Part shown: piece after piece, positions 12,678 through 22,461 of the stretch
Position numbering within the stretch: the stretch's first letter is position 1
How the letters are laid out: each line of letters begins with the position of its first letter
NCBI GenBank assembly: GCA_036336835.1
Contig: JAYZFK010000032.1
Coordinates: 20,398 to 84,397 of the forward strand
Length of the DNA: 64,000 nt
Direction of reading: 5' to 3'
DNA from: Myxococcota bacterium
Lineage (GTDB): Bacteria; Myxococcota_A; UBA9160; UBA4427
Notes under the pieces: model-generated
Told to the model about the DNA's origin: nothing
Database searches by the model: none
What the model saw: only the letters and a program-made list of their open reading frames with translations
Translations under genes and position numbers: made by a program

Positions 12678-12872
12678 GGCTCGCGGGTCGATCCGTGCAT
12701 TCCGCCACGCGGAATTCAACCGACTGCATTCGCACTGCGCTGGAATTGCGAGTTCGCCCCTTTTCCCTAAAGGATCGGGTTCGGTGGCCCGAACTGCTGG
12801 AGCGTGTTTCGAACGGCTACCGGGACCAAACCCGGAGCGTAATTGCACCGGGAGTAGGACCGAATGGATTCG

Positions 12873-13154
12873 ATGAGCAATCAGGACGACGCTGGAACGC
12901 AGGTGCAGAAGATGATCAACCGCGTCCGGGAATTCCGCGAGAACAAGCTCATGACCCAGGCTCAGCTCGCTCGCAAGGCGAAGGTGGCACTGCGCACCAT
13001 CCACAGTGTCGAGAAGGGCATGAACTGTCGCATGGACACCAAGCGGAAGATCCTCCTCGCCCTCGGGCTGCGCTTCGAGGACAAGGAGCTCGTGTTTCCG
13101 AGCAACAGGCCGTCGTTCTTCAATCCGCTGATGGATCGCCCCGCCACCCACTAG
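12873..13154 (+). CDS. XRE-family helix-turn-helix transcriptional regulator
   Basis: NRVREFRENKLMTQAQLARKAKVALRTIHSVEKG..TKRKILLALG has the HTH_3 pattern. Confidence 0.85.
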   Translation: MSNQDDAGTQVQKMINRVREFRENKLMTQAQLARKAKVALRTIHSVEKGMNCRMDTKRKILLALGLRFEDKELVFPSNRPSFFNPLMDRPATH

Positions 13155-13265
13155 GGCCACCAGCCCTCCTGCTACGATCACGGTGACCGGGATCTACGGG
13201 CTCCTGCTCGAGCAGGGCGGGTGTGCCTGTGGCTCCACGGCCCCGCCCTTCGCAATGGGGCGGGT

Positions 13266-15653
13266 GTGGAGGTCACCATTCCGGACCGACTCCAGCTGCT
13301 TTCCGACGTGGCTGAGATCGTCGCGCGCTCGCACGATCTCAAGGAGACGCTGAACAACGTCATCGACCTGGTCGCCAAGCGACTGGATGCCGACGTCTGC
13401 TCCATCTACCTGAGTGACCCGGACCGCGTGCACCTGACGTTGTGGGCCACCATCGGCCTGGACGTCGGTGCGGTCGGCAGCGTCCGGATGGCCCTCGGCG
13501 AGGGCCTGGTCGGCAAGACCGCGCAGCTCTGCCGGCCGATTGCCGTCGAACGAGCCAGCGACGATCCGGACTTTCGCTACTTCCCAGAGACGCGCGAGGA
13601 TCGGTTCGAATCGTTCCTGGCCGCGCCGCTCGTGGTGCAGGAAACGCCGGTCGGCGTGCTCGTGATCCAGACGGTCGAGCCGCGACGCTTCGAGAGCAAC
13701 GACATCGAGATGCTGTCGACCTGCGGGCACCTGCTGGCACCGGTCGTGATCAACGCCGCGCTGCTCAACATGGTGGCCAGCAGCGATGTGGAGCGCACCC
13801 GGCTGGTCACGGGGATCGCCCAGGGCGTCGTTCCGATCGCCGAGCCAGAGGACGCTGGCGCCAGTGAAGCAGCCGGTGGCAAGGGCGTGATCCTGGACGG
13901 GATCGCGACCGCGCGCGGGATCGCGATCGGGCCGCTCCACCGGCTCGAGGTGATCGATCTCGACACGGTCGAGTACTCGGCCGGCGAGCCCGAGCAGGAG
14001 CGTGCCGACTTGATGCGCGCCCTGGCCGAGGCGCGACGCGAGCTCGACGATGCGCGCGAGCTGACCGGCGAACGCTTCGGCCCCGAGTTCGCGGCCGTGT
14101 TCTACACGCAGATCCAGATCCTCGAGGACGCCGGTTTCGTGCGCTCGCTCGAGCAGCAGGTCGAGGAAACCGGAGATGCCTTCGCCGCGGTGAACGACGT
14201 GCTCGAGTCGTACCGCGAGACCTTCGAGAAGATGCCCGATCCGTATTTCCGCGAGCGAGGCGCCGACATTCTGGACGTGGGTCGGCGGGTGGTTTCCCGG
14301 CTGCTCGGCGTGCGTCACCAGACGGCCGACCTGCCCGACAGCGCGATCGTCGTGGTCGACCAGGTATTGCCGGGGCTGTTCGCGCGGCTCGAGGTCGATC
14401 GGATCGGCGCGCTGGTGTCCGAGCACGGCGGAGCCACGTCACACGGCGCCATCTTCGCGAGGACGCTCGAGATCCCCGCCTTGACGGGCGTAGCCGGCAT
14501 CCTCGAGGCGAGTCAGGTCGGACAGCAGGCGATCGTGGATGGCGGCCTCGGTCGCATCTACCTGGAGCCCGATGCCGGCCTGGTCGGAGAGTACCGGCGC
14601 GCCCAGCGACGCTATGCGGTGGCCGTCGAGCACCTCGACGCCGTACGCGAGCGTCCCGCCGAGACGCTCGATGGCCGGCGTATCGTGCTGTCCGCGAACC
14701 TGGGGCTGCTGAACGATCTGAGACTGATCGAGCAGCACGGGGCGGAGGGGGTGGGTCTGTTCCGGACCGAGCTGCTGGCACTGGCGCATCGTGGCTTTCC
14801 GAGCGAGGAAGAGCAGGAGCAGCTCTACGAGCGCGTCTTCAGCGCCGTGTCGCCGCGGCCGGTCACGATCCGCACGCTCGATCTCGGGGGCGAGAAGGGT
14901 TTGTCGAACCTCGGACTCGACGATGAAGAGAACCCACAGCTCGGCTGTCGATCCATCCGGCTGACGCTGACCAGACCGCGTGTCTTCCGAGAACAGCTGC
15001 GTGCTGTGCTGCGCGCCAGCCGCTTCGGCAACGTCAGGCTGCTGCTGCCGATGATCAGCGGCTTGCGCGAGCTGCGCGAGGCGAAGGCGCTGCTCGAGCT
15101 GGTCAAGGACGAGCTGCGAACCGAGGGCGCGGAGTTCGACGAGCAGATTCCGGTCGGAGCGATGATCGAGGTGCCAGCTGCGGCGCTGATTGCCGACAGA
15201 CTCGCCGAGGAGTGCGACTTCTTCAGCATCGGAACCAACGACCTTACCCAGTACACGCTGGCCGTCGACCGCGGCAACGAGCGCGTCGCACACCTGTACG
15301 ACCCGCTGCATCCCGCCGTGTTGTCGCTGATCGATGCCAGTCTGCGCGCTGCCTCGGCCGCCGGCATCCCGGTCTCGGTCTGCGGCGAGATGGCCACCAA
15401 CCCGCTGGCCGTGCCGTTGTTGATCGGGCTCGGCATCTCCGAGCTGTCGGGCGCGCCGGACGCCGTGCCCTTGGTGAAGGAGATCACGCGCGCGCTCTCG
15501 GCCGGTTCGGTCGACGAGGACGCGCGTCGCGCGCTGGTCGCCTCGGGCCCCGACGCCGTCCACGAGATCGCAGCGAATCGGCTGCGCGAGAGCGGTCTGC
15601 TGGAGCACCCCGACATCGGCGAGTGGCTGCGCACTGCCGTTGAGCGAGCCTGA
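13266..15653 (+). CDS. ptsP: GAF-domain phosphoenolpyruvate-protein phosphotransferase (EI-Ntr)
   Basis: N-terminal GAF domain (DVCSIYL..EGLVG), phospho-His motif GGATSHGAI, GVGLFRTE, FSIGTNDLTQY and SVCGEMA. Confidence 0.92.
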   Translation: MEVTIPDRLQLLSDVAEIVARSHDLKETLNNVIDLVAKRLDADVCSIYLSDPDRVHLTLWATIGLDVGAVGSVRMALGEGLVGKTAQLCRPIAVERASDDPDFRYFPETREDRFESFLAAPLVVQETPVGVLVIQTVEPRRFESNDIEMLSTCGHLLAPVVINAALLNMVASSDVERTRLVTGIAQGVVPIAEPEDAGASEAAGGKGVILDGIATARGIAIGPLHRLEVIDLDTVEYSAGEPEQERADLMRALAEARRELDDARELTGERFGPEFAAVFYTQIQILEDAGFVRSLEQQVEETGDAFAAVNDVLESYRETFEKMPDPYFRERGADILDVGRRVVSRLLGVRHQTADLPDSAIVVVDQVLPGLFARLEVDRIGALVSEHGGATSHGAIFARTLEIPALTGVAGILEASQVGQQAIVDGGLGRIYLEPDAGLVGEYRRAQRRYAVAVEHLDAVRERPAETLDGRRIVLSANLGLLNDLRLIEQHGAEGVGLFRTELLALAHRGFPSEEEQEQLYERVFSAVSPRPVTIRTLDLGGEKGLSNLGLDDEENPQLGCRSIRLTLTRPRVFREQLRAVLRASRFGNVRLLLPMISGLRELREAKALLELVKDELRTEGAEFDEQIPVGAMIEVPAAALIADRLAEECDFFSIGTNDLTQYTLAVDRGNERVAHLYDPLHPAVLSLIDASLRAASAAGIPVSVCGEMATNPLAVPLLIGLGISELSGAPDAVPLVKEITRALSAGSVDEDARRALVASGPDAVHEIAANRLRESGLLEHPDIGEWLRTAVERA

Positions 15654-15682
15654 GCCGACGAGTCTGCGGTCCGGCCGGTGCC

Positions 15683-16318
15683 TCAGCGGCGCTCGCCGAG
15701 CGCGATCAGCGCCCGTTCGAGCCGCTCTCGCAGCTCCTCTTCGCACGCTTCGTCCGCGTCAGGGGGAACGGCGATCGGCTCGCCGTACGACAGCCGTACG
15801 CGGGCGAAGGGCAGCGGGAGCACCGTGCGGTCCCAGCTCCCGAACCGGATGGCCGGCCGCGCGCAGAACGTCAGAGGGGTTGGCGCCACGCCCGTGAGTC
15901 GGCCGAGTGCGACCGGACCGAGCTTCGAGACGTGGGCCGGACCGCGCGGGCCGTCGGCGAGGATCGAGACCGTCGTGCCGCTCTGTACCTCGCGCATGAG
16001 TCCGCGCAGCGCGGTGGTCCCCGCACGCGAGCTCGAGCCGCGCACCGGCTCGCGGTAGCCGAGGAGCGGGAGCGCGGCGCTGATCCAGTCGCCGTCGCGA
16101 CTGCGGCTGACGGCGACCGAGTAGCCGCGATCGCGGAACCGGTGCGCCAGCACCAGGATGTGCTCGTGCCAGACGACGCCGATCACCGGACCACCGCCCG
16201 GCTCGAACGGGTCGGGCCCGTCCTGCGAGATTCGCCAGGTGGCGCCGAGTGCCCGCAGGGCCGCCGCTGCAAGCCAGCCGACTGCGCGCAGCCAGCTCCG
16301 CCGGATTCGCGCGCTCAC
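15683..16318 (-). CDS. DUF374 / lysophospholipid acyltransferase-family protein
   Basis: Motifs WHEHIL, SRSRDGD, VRGSSSRAG, DGPRGP and SWDRTVLPLPF. GTG start overlaps the upstream stop. Confidence 0.8.
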   Translation of the reverse strand: MSARIRRSWLRAVGWLAAAALRALGATWRISQDGPDPFEPGGGPVIGVVWHEHILVLAHRFRDRGYSVAVSRSRDGDWISAALPLLGYREPVRGSSSRAGTTALRGLMREVQSGTTVSILADGPRGPAHVSKLGPVALGRLTGVAPTPLTFCARPAIRFGSWDRTVLPLPFARVRLSYGEPIAVPPDADEACEEELRERLERALIALGERR

Positions 16319-17214
16319 CCGGAGAGCCCGACGAGCGAGACGCCCACGGCGATCACCAACGCTCCCGCGATCCGCACGGCGCCGGGCCGCTCGCGTAGCC
16401 AGAGCGCGCTCAGGGCAACCGCGAACAGGACGCTGCTCTGTCGGACCGCGACGACATAGCTGGCCGGCGTGGTGCGGAACGCTTCGAGAATCAGGCTGTA
16501 GCCCAGCATGGAGAGGCCGAGTGCAGCGATCGCGCTCCAGCCGTCGGCGCGTGCGCAGGCGACCAGTCTTCGGGTCCAGCCCGGGGATGTGCACAGCAGT
16601 GGCGTCATCACGATCGCCGCGCCGAGCATGGTGACCAGGCAGTAGAAGAGCGGGCGCGGAAATGCGGTGGGCCAGTCGGTCGTCTCGAGCGCGCCCATTG
16701 CGCCCTTGTCGGTGATCGCGTAGCCGATAGTCGAGAGCAACGTGAGCCAGGCGAACCGGGTCTCGGACCGGAACAGCGCGGCGAGTCGCAGCTCGCCTCG
16801 AGTCTGGACGAGCCAAATCCCGGCGACCACGATCGCGATCCCGGCGACTCCGCTCGCGTTGATTCGCTCCCCGAGCAGCGGCGCCGCCGCGAAGGGCAGG
16901 AAGGCGGGAGTCGAGCGCGCGATTGGATAGACGAGAGAGAGATCCGCCTCCACCAGTGCGCGGCCCAGCCACAGCATGTAGAAGCCGTGGCACACCGCCG
17001 CAGCGAGGGCCCAGCGCCAGAAGTCCCAGTCCAGGTCCCGCAACGTCGCTCGCAGCTCGGGCAGGCCCGCCAGCAGGGCGAGCGCGATCGCGCCACCGGA
17101 GGCCATCTGGAGCCAGTTGAAGGCGACCGGATCGCGGCCGTGCTTGATCAGTACGCTCCAGAGTGCGTGGAGTGCCGCGGAGCCAAGCACCAGGCCGATC
17201 GCAAGGGGCGTCAC
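16315..17214 (-). CDS. EamA/DMT-family transporter
   Basis: About 10 TM helices with SAALHALWS, DLSLVYPIARSTP and YVVAVRQSSVLF. Confidence 0.85.
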   Translation of the reverse strand: MTPLAIGLVLGSAALHALWSVLIKHGRDPVAFNWLQMASGGAIALALLAGLPELRATLRDLDWDFWRWALAAAVCHGFYMLWLGRALVEADLSLVYPIARSTPAFLPFAAAPLLGERINASGVAGIAIVVAGIWLVQTRGELRLAALFRSETRFAWLTLLSTIGYAITDKGAMGALETTDWPTAFPRPLFYCLVTMLGAAIVMTPLLCTSPGWTRRLVACARADGWSAIAALGLSMLGYSLILEAFRTTPASYVVAVRQSSVLFAVALSALWLRERPGAVRIAGALVIAVGVSLVGLSG

Positions 17215-17390
17215 GGCGCCACAGTACCCCGTGTGGGCGTGCTGCCCCGTGGGCATGGGCTGCAACAAAACGTGGCGCGGCCTTCGCTGGACCGGTCGGG
17301 GGGCGTATGATACCCCCAGGCCTCCGGGGGAGCCGTGATAGCAGCTGTTTTCTTGCGTCCACGGCTCCGACCACTTCCTCCGAGATGACT

Positions 17391-18284
17391 ATGGCGATGG
17401 CGTTCGGTCAGACCGTCCGCACCTATGCGGAACTCACCAAGCCGCGGCTGCTGCCGCTGGTGCTGATCACCGGTCTGCCCGCTCTGGCGATGGCCTCTGG
17501 CGAGTGGCCGGGGCTCCAGACCATGTCCTTCGTCCTGCTCGGTATCGCGCTGGCCGCAGCGGCCGCAAGCACCTTCAACGCCTACGTCGAGCGCGATCTC
17601 GACAAGGAGATGGAGCGGACCAGGGATCGTCCCCTGCCTGCCGGTCGGCTGGCGCCGGGCGCCGCGCTCACCTTCGGCTTTGTGCTGACGGGGCTCTCGG
17701 CCGTCGTTCTGTACGAGTTCGGCGGGGTCATCGCTGCCGGGCTCGGCATCGCCACGATCCTGTTCTACGTGTTCGTCTACACGATCTGGCTGAAGCCGCG
17801 CACGGCCTGGAACGCAGTGATCGGGGGTGCTGCGGGCGCTGCCGCGCCCTTGATCGCAGACGCGGCCGTCAACGGAACGATCGGTGCTCCGGGGCTCGTG
17901 CTGTTCAGCATCGTGTTCTTCTGGCAGCCGCCGCACGTGTGGGCGATCGCACTGTTTCGCAAGGACGAGTACGCGCGGGCGGGCTTTCCGGTGCTGCCAA
18001 ACGTGATCGGAGATCACCCGACTCGCTGGCGGATGTTCTGGTACACGCTCGGCCTGGTTCCCGTGACGCTGGCCCCGGTCGCGCTCGGTCTGTCGGGTTG
18101 GCTCTATCTGGGAGTCGCGCTGGTGGCCAACGCCTGGTTCCTGAGCCACGCCGTGCGCGTTCTGCGCCGGCGCACGCCCGAGGCGGCACGAGGCATGTTC
18201 CTCGCCTCACTCGGCTATCTGTTCGCGCTGTTCGCCGCGATGATTGCGGAGCTGGCGCTGGGGCTCGCCCCCGCGCTGTCGTAG
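17391..18284 (+). CDS. ctaB: Protoheme IX farnesyltransferase (heme o synthase)
   Basis: Motifs LTKPR, ERDLDKEMERTRDRPLP, YTIWLKPRT and WQPPH. Confidence 0.93.
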   Translation: MAMAFGQTVRTYAELTKPRLLPLVLITGLPALAMASGEWPGLQTMSFVLLGIALAAAAASTFNAYVERDLDKEMERTRDRPLPAGRLAPGAALTFGFVLTGLSAVVLYEFGGVIAAGLGIATILFYVFVYTIWLKPRTAWNAVIGGAAGAAAPLIADAAVNGTIGAPGLVLFSIVFFWQPPHVWAIALFRKDEYARAGFPVLPNVIGDHPTRWRMFWYTLGLVPVTLAPVALGLSGWLYLGVALVANAWFLSHAVRVLRRRTPEAARGMFLASLGYLFALFAAMIAELALGLAPALS

Positions 18285-18719
18285 GTGGACCCTTTCGTCC
18301 TGCCGCCGCTCAACGCTGCGCTCAATGCACTCGCCGCGAGCCTGCTCGTGATCGGTCGTCAGCTCGCTCGCGCCGGACGGCTCGAAGCCCACAAGCGCGT
18401 GATGCTGTCGGCTTTCGGGGTCTCGACCGTCTTCCTGGTCTCGTACGTGCTTCACAAGTGGCTGCGCAACTTCGAGACCACCACGTTCCACGCCGCCGGC
18501 GCCGCCAAGGCTGCCTATCTGGGGCTATTGGCTACACACGTCATTCTCGCGATGACGGTGCCAGTCTTCGGGCTCGTCCTGATCCGCCTTGGACTGCGCG
18601 ACGAGCGGGAGCGTCACCGCCGGATCGCGCGCGTTGCCTGGCCGATCTGGATGTATGTTTCGATCACCGGCGTGGTGATCTACTTGCTCCTCTATCACTG
18701 GAACCCACTACCGGTCTGA
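18285..18719 (+). CDS. DUF420 membrane protein (CtaM-like oxidase assembly factor)
   Basis: Motifs LPPLNAALN, HKRVM, FLVSY, HVILA and HRRIARVAWPIWMYVSITGV. Confidence 0.88.
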   Translation: MDPFVLPPLNAALNALAASLLVIGRQLARAGRLEAHKRVMLSAFGVSTVFLVSYVLHKWLRNFETTTFHAAGAAKAAYLGLLATHVILAMTVPVFGLVLIRLGLRDERERHRRIARVAWPIWMYVSITGVVIYLLLYHWNPLPV

Positions 18720-18944
18720 CGCGCGCCCGCTGAGGGGAACGAACCGGGCGACGCAGCACCTCGCGGTCTTGATCGGTGCGGAGCACGGAGCGACTCCCTG
18801 CCCCGCCAGGACGAAGCGTCATTCTCGTAAGTCATAGCCCGTAGCAGATGTTTCTCGATCCGGAGGCGCTCGCTTCCGATCCGACTGCGGCGCGCTGTCG
18901 AAGCAACCGTCCACCGCGCGAGGCCGGGAACGTCGCAAACCGGC

Positions 18945-19205
18945 GTGCTGGTCGCGTGGCTGGTCTACAGGGTGGAGCTGAACGCGAGGCACCCGTTCGA
19001 AGTGCTGCTCGTGCTCTTCGCGATCATCGAGGTGGGCTTCTTCGCCGGGGCCTCACTCGTGCTACCCGGGGTGATCGCGGAGCTGGGAGTCGTCCGGATC
19101 GGTGCGGCGAACCTGTTGGCAGCCGCGGCGATGGCGGTCTTCTTCGTGCTCTCGCACCGCGCGGACGCCTGGGAGAAGCTCAAGCAGGCCGCCCACCTCG
19201 CGTAG
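18945..19205 (+). pseudogene. Probable 5'-truncated membrane-protein gene remnant
   Basis: Hydrophobic 3-TM reading frame with coding-like codons that begins mid-helix (GVLVAWLV). There is no clear RBS and no in-frame start between the stop at 18828 and 18945. Confidence 0.4.
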
Positions 19206-19289
19206 CCGCCTGCTCGAGTCGCCTCGCTGGGGAAGGCATGACTGGCACGGTGGACGATTGCCGCAAATCAGCGCCGGCGGCGGACGAGG

Positions 19290-19553
19290 CTAGGTCGCCC
19301 CTTCGGTCGCGCTTTCCAGCCGAGCGAGCTGGGCGGCCCGGCGCATCCAGAAGATGATCAATGCAGCCAGTCCCGTTAGTACCACGCCCACCACGCCGAG
19401 CAGGACTAGCACGCCCGCGTTGGCGCCCAGGGTCATGGCGGAGTTCGGGTCCCCGTAGCAGACCGAACAAGCCGTTGCCGGGGCCGCACCCAGGAGCACA
19501 CCAAGGCTCGTGGCAATCGCCACGGACCAGCCGGCCAGCCGATTCTGATTCAT
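19290..19553 (-). CDS. Small exported/membrane protein with CxxC (ACSVCYG), last gene of the cox operon
   Basis: Signal-peptide-like N-terminus, CSVC, then one TM helix. ATG at 19553 overlaps the upstream stop. Confidence 0.75.
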   Translation of the reverse strand: MNQNRLAGWSVAIATSLGVLLGAAPATACSVCYGDPNSAMTLGANAGVLVLLGVVGVVLTGLAALIIFWMRRAAQLARLESATEGAT

Positions 19554-19756
19554 AGGTAACCCACTCCCTTCAGCTTGCGCAGGAACCAGACCCCGTAATA
19601 CGCAAGCGCGATCCCGCCGAGGAAGGATCCGACTCCGAGAGCTAGCCGGAGCGAATCGCCGGACTGAGCGTAGTCTAGGGTCGCCCAGACGCCGAGGCCG
19701 ATGCACAGCGCCACCGACACCACGACGAAGAAGATATGGAAGGCCTTTAGTCCCAC
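19550..19756 (-). CDS. Small 2-TM protein (MGLKAFHIFF...) in the cox operon
   Basis: 68-aa hydrophobic ORF co-oriented within the operon. Confidence 0.7.
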   Translation of the reverse strand: MGLKAFHIFFVVVSVALCIGLGVWATLDYAQSGDSLRLALGVGSFLGGIALAYYGVWFLRKLKGVGYL

Positions 19757-19778
19757 CCGTGCTTCACACTCGCTCGGT

Positions 19779-20090
19779 CTAGCCGGTCCACAGCGGCCCG
19801 TTACCGAGCTCCGTCACCAGCGGGAGGACGAACAGGAACACCAGGAAGGCCGCGCTGAGGGCGAGGAGCCAGTGGATCACCTTCTGCTCGGTCACCAGAT
19901 GCATGAAGTAGCCCGCCACGAGGAAGGCCTTCACCGTCGCTACGACCATTGCCACGGTGATTGCGTAGCCGGTCGGCAGATCCAGATAGGAGATGGCGAC
20001 CGTGACCACCGTCAAGACCGCCAACGCGATGAAGACCGCCAGGTAGACCCGGAGGTGCTGCTTGAAATGTGCGAGTTCCGACTCGTTCAT
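19779..20090 (-). CDS. ctaF: Cytochrome c oxidase subunit IV family protein
   Basis: Three TM helices with LAVLTVVTV and VKAFLVAGYFMHL. Confidence 0.85.
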   Translation of the reverse strand: MNESELAHFKQHLRVYLAVFIALAVLTVVTVAISYLDLPTGYAITVAMVVATVKAFLVAGYFMHLVTEQKVIHWLLALSAAFLVFLFVLPLVTELGNGPLWTG

Positions 20091-20100
20091 TATTTATTCC

Positions 20101-20733
20101 CTACAGGAGATAGAGTACGGGAAAGAGGAAGATCCAGACCAGATCGACGAAGTGCCAGTAGAGACCTGCGATCTCGATCCGACCGGTGAAGCACTCGGGG
20201 TCGGTCTTGAACAGCGCGGTGCCCCAGATCAGCAGCCACAGGTTGACCAGGATGCCCAGCGCGACGTGCAGTGCGTGCAGGCCGGTGAAGGTGAAGTACA
20301 GGCCGTAGAAGGGGGACGGGTCGCCCGCCCCCGGCCAGCCCGTCGCCGGGAAGATGTGGTGGCTGAACTTGTCTCCGTACTCGAAGCCCTTGATCACCAG
20401 GAAGAGCAGGCCCAGGGCGATCGTGGCCGCGAAGTATTTCTTGTAGGCCCCGACGTTGTCCATCTTGAGCGAGGCCCACGCCATGACCATCGTGATGCTC
20501 GACGTGATCAGCACGATGGTGTTGAACGTCCCGATGGGGACGTTCAGGCCGGCCTCCACACCCAGGGGCCAGTGTTCCTGCAATACGCCGACGCGCAGCA
20601 GCACATAGGAGCTGAAGAGCGCGCCGAAGAGCATCACTTCGGAGGCCAGGAACAGCCAGATGCCTAGCTTGCCGCTGGTGACGCCCGTGACCGGATGCGG
20701 TTCTGTGCGGTAGGGAATAACGAGTTCGGACAT
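20101..20733 (-). CDS. ctaE: Heme-copper oxidase subunit III (short form)
   Basis: Motifs [21 protein letters not shown] and [16 protein letters not shown]. Confidence 0.93.
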   Translation of the reverse strand: MSELVIPYRTEPHPVTGVTSGKLGIWLFLASEVMLFGALFSSYVLLRVGVLQEHWPLGVEAGLNVPIGTFNTIVLITSSITMVMAWASLKMDNVGAYKKYFAATIALGLLFLVIKGFEYGDKFSHHIFPATGWPGAGDPSPFYGLYFTFTGLHALHVALGILVNLWLLIWGTALFKTDPECFTGRIEIAGLYWHFVDLVWIFLFPVLYLL

Positions 20734-20736
20734 GGT

Positions 20737-22461
20737 CTAGCTCTCTCGTTTCACGTGCTGCGGGGTGAAGTCGTTCGGTGCGCCGGGCACGCTGTACTCA
20801 TACGGTCCGCAGTACACCACGGGGGGCTCGGTGAAGTTCCCGTGCGGCGGCGGCGTGGGCGTTGCCCATTCGAGGGTCGTTGCCTGCCAGGGGTTCTCCT
20901 GCGCCCGCTCCTTCTTTCGCATGCTCATGAAGAAGTTGATGATGAAGGGAATCTGGGCCAGGGCGAGGCACCAAGCCGACCAGGACGTCATCATCGTCAG
21001 GCCGTGTACCGCCGCTCCGTGCTCGTAGATGGTCGGGTCGAACAGCCGGCGGGAAACTCCCGCCATGCCCTCGAACATCATGGGCATGAAGACACCGTTC
21101 ATGAAGATGAGCGACAGCCAGAAGTGCAGCTTTCCGAGTGTCACGTTCAACGCACGGCCAGTGGCCTTCGGGTACCAGTAATAGATGCCCGCGAACATCG
21201 CGAAGATGGTGCCGGGGGCGACGACGTAGTGGAAGTGCCCGATCACATAGTAGGTGTCGTGGAAGTGGGCGTCGGGCGCCGCCAGGCCCAGGGGCAGGCC
21301 CGTGAGCCCGCCGATGCCGAACATCGGCAGGAAGGCCAGTGCGAAGAGCATCGGGACGGTGAAGCGGATCGCCCCCCCCCACAGGCTGATCGCGAGGCAG
21401 GTCAGAATGATCACCGAGGGGATCGAGATGATCATCGTGGTGATCTGGAAGAAGGTGCTCATCGTGGTTCCCATGCCCGTCATGTACATGTGGTGTGCCC
21501 AGACACCGAAGGAAAGGAAACCGAGGAAGAGGAGCGAGTACACCATCGGCCGGTAGCCCCACAGGGGCTTGCGCGTGTTGTTGGCGATGACCTCGGCCAC
21601 GATTCCCATACCCGGCAGGATCAGGACGTACACCTCGGGGTGGGCGAGGAACCAGAAGAGGTGTTGCCAGAGCAGGGGACTGCCTCCTCCCACCGCGGCG
21701 AGCGGTTCGCCTCCTACCACGAGCCCGCTGGGCAGGAAGAAGCTCGTGCCGGCCAGTCGATCCATCAGCTGAAAAACGGCCGCGGCCTGGAGCGGGGGGA
21801 AGGCCAGCAGCAGCAGAAACGCGGTTACCAGCTGTGACCACACGAAGAAGGGCAGGCGGAAGAAGGTCAGGCCAGGGGCCCGAAGGTGGAGAATGGTGAC
21901 GATGAAGTTGAGCGCTCCGAGCAGCGAGGATGCGATCAGGAAGATCATCCCGATCAGCCAGAAGGTCTGGCCGGTGGTCGCCGTAATCGAGAGGGGCGCG
22001 TACGACGTCCAGCCCGAGCTCGCTGCCCCGCCGGGCAGGAAGAAGCTCGAGAGCATCACGATGCCGCCGATTACGAAGGCCTGGTAGCTCATCATGTTGA
22101 GGCGGGGGAAGGCCATGTCGACGGCGCCGATCTGAAGCGGAACGACGAAGTTTCCGAACGCTCCGACCGCCAGCGGGACGATCCCCATGAAGACCATGAT
22201 GGTGCCGTGCATGGCCCCGAGCTGATTGTAGAAGTTGGGCAGCATGGCGCCCTTGTCCACCGAGGACTCCCCGAGCAGACCTCCGATGATCGGGATCGCC
22301 TCCCCCGGGTAGGCCAGCTGCCAGCGCATCATCATCATCAGAGAGAAGCCGAAGAACAGGAACACCAGTGCGGTGATCCCGTACTGGATCCCGATCGTCT
22401 TGTGGTCCGTCGAGAATACGTACGTGCGCCAGAATCCGAGCTCGTCGTGTGTGTCACTCAT
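20737..22461 (-). CDS. ctaD: Heme-copper oxidase subunit I, A-family
   Basis: Motifs STDHK, MHGTIM, DMAFPRLN, HPEVY, WAHHM, HDTYYVIGHFHY and SRR. Start taken at MSDTH. Confidence 0.95.
   Translation of the reverse strand: MSDTHDELGFWRTYVFSTDHKTIGIQYGITALVFLFFGFSLMMMMRWQLAYPGEAIPIIGGLLGESSVDKGAMLPNFYNQLGAMHGTIMVFMGIVPLAVGAFGNFVVPLQIGAVDMAFPRLNMMSYQAFVIGGIVMLSSFFLPGGAASSGWTSYAPLSITATTGQTFWLIGMIFLIASSLLGALNFIVTILHLRAPGLTFFRLPFFVWSQLVTAFLLLLAFPPLQAAAVFQLMDRLAGTSFFLPSGLVVGGEPLAAVGGGSPLLWQHLFWFLAHPEVYVLILPGMGIVAEVIANNTRKPLWGYRPMVYSLLFLGFLSFGVWAHHMYMTGMGTTMSTFFQITTMIISIPSVIILTCLAISLWGGAIRFTVPMLFALAFLPMFGIGGLTGLPLGLAAPDAHFHDTYYVIGHFHYVVAPGTIFAMFAGIYYWYPKATGRALNVTLGKLHFWLSLIFMNGVFMPMMFEGMAGVSRRLFDPTIYEHGAAVHGLTMMTSWSAWCLALAQIPFIINFFMSMRKKERAQENPWQATTLEWATPTPPPHGNFTEPPVVYCGPYEYSVPGAPNDFTPQHVKRES

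Noticed and set aside
12833..12847. Sigma-54 promoter upstream of the XRE gene
   Set aside because: GG-to-GC spacing is 9 nt rather than the required 10, and the -24 element is a poor match.
21372..21380. G9 homopolymer in ctaD as a phase-variation tract
   Set aside because: It is in frame and encodes the conserved WGG, so codon choice explains it.
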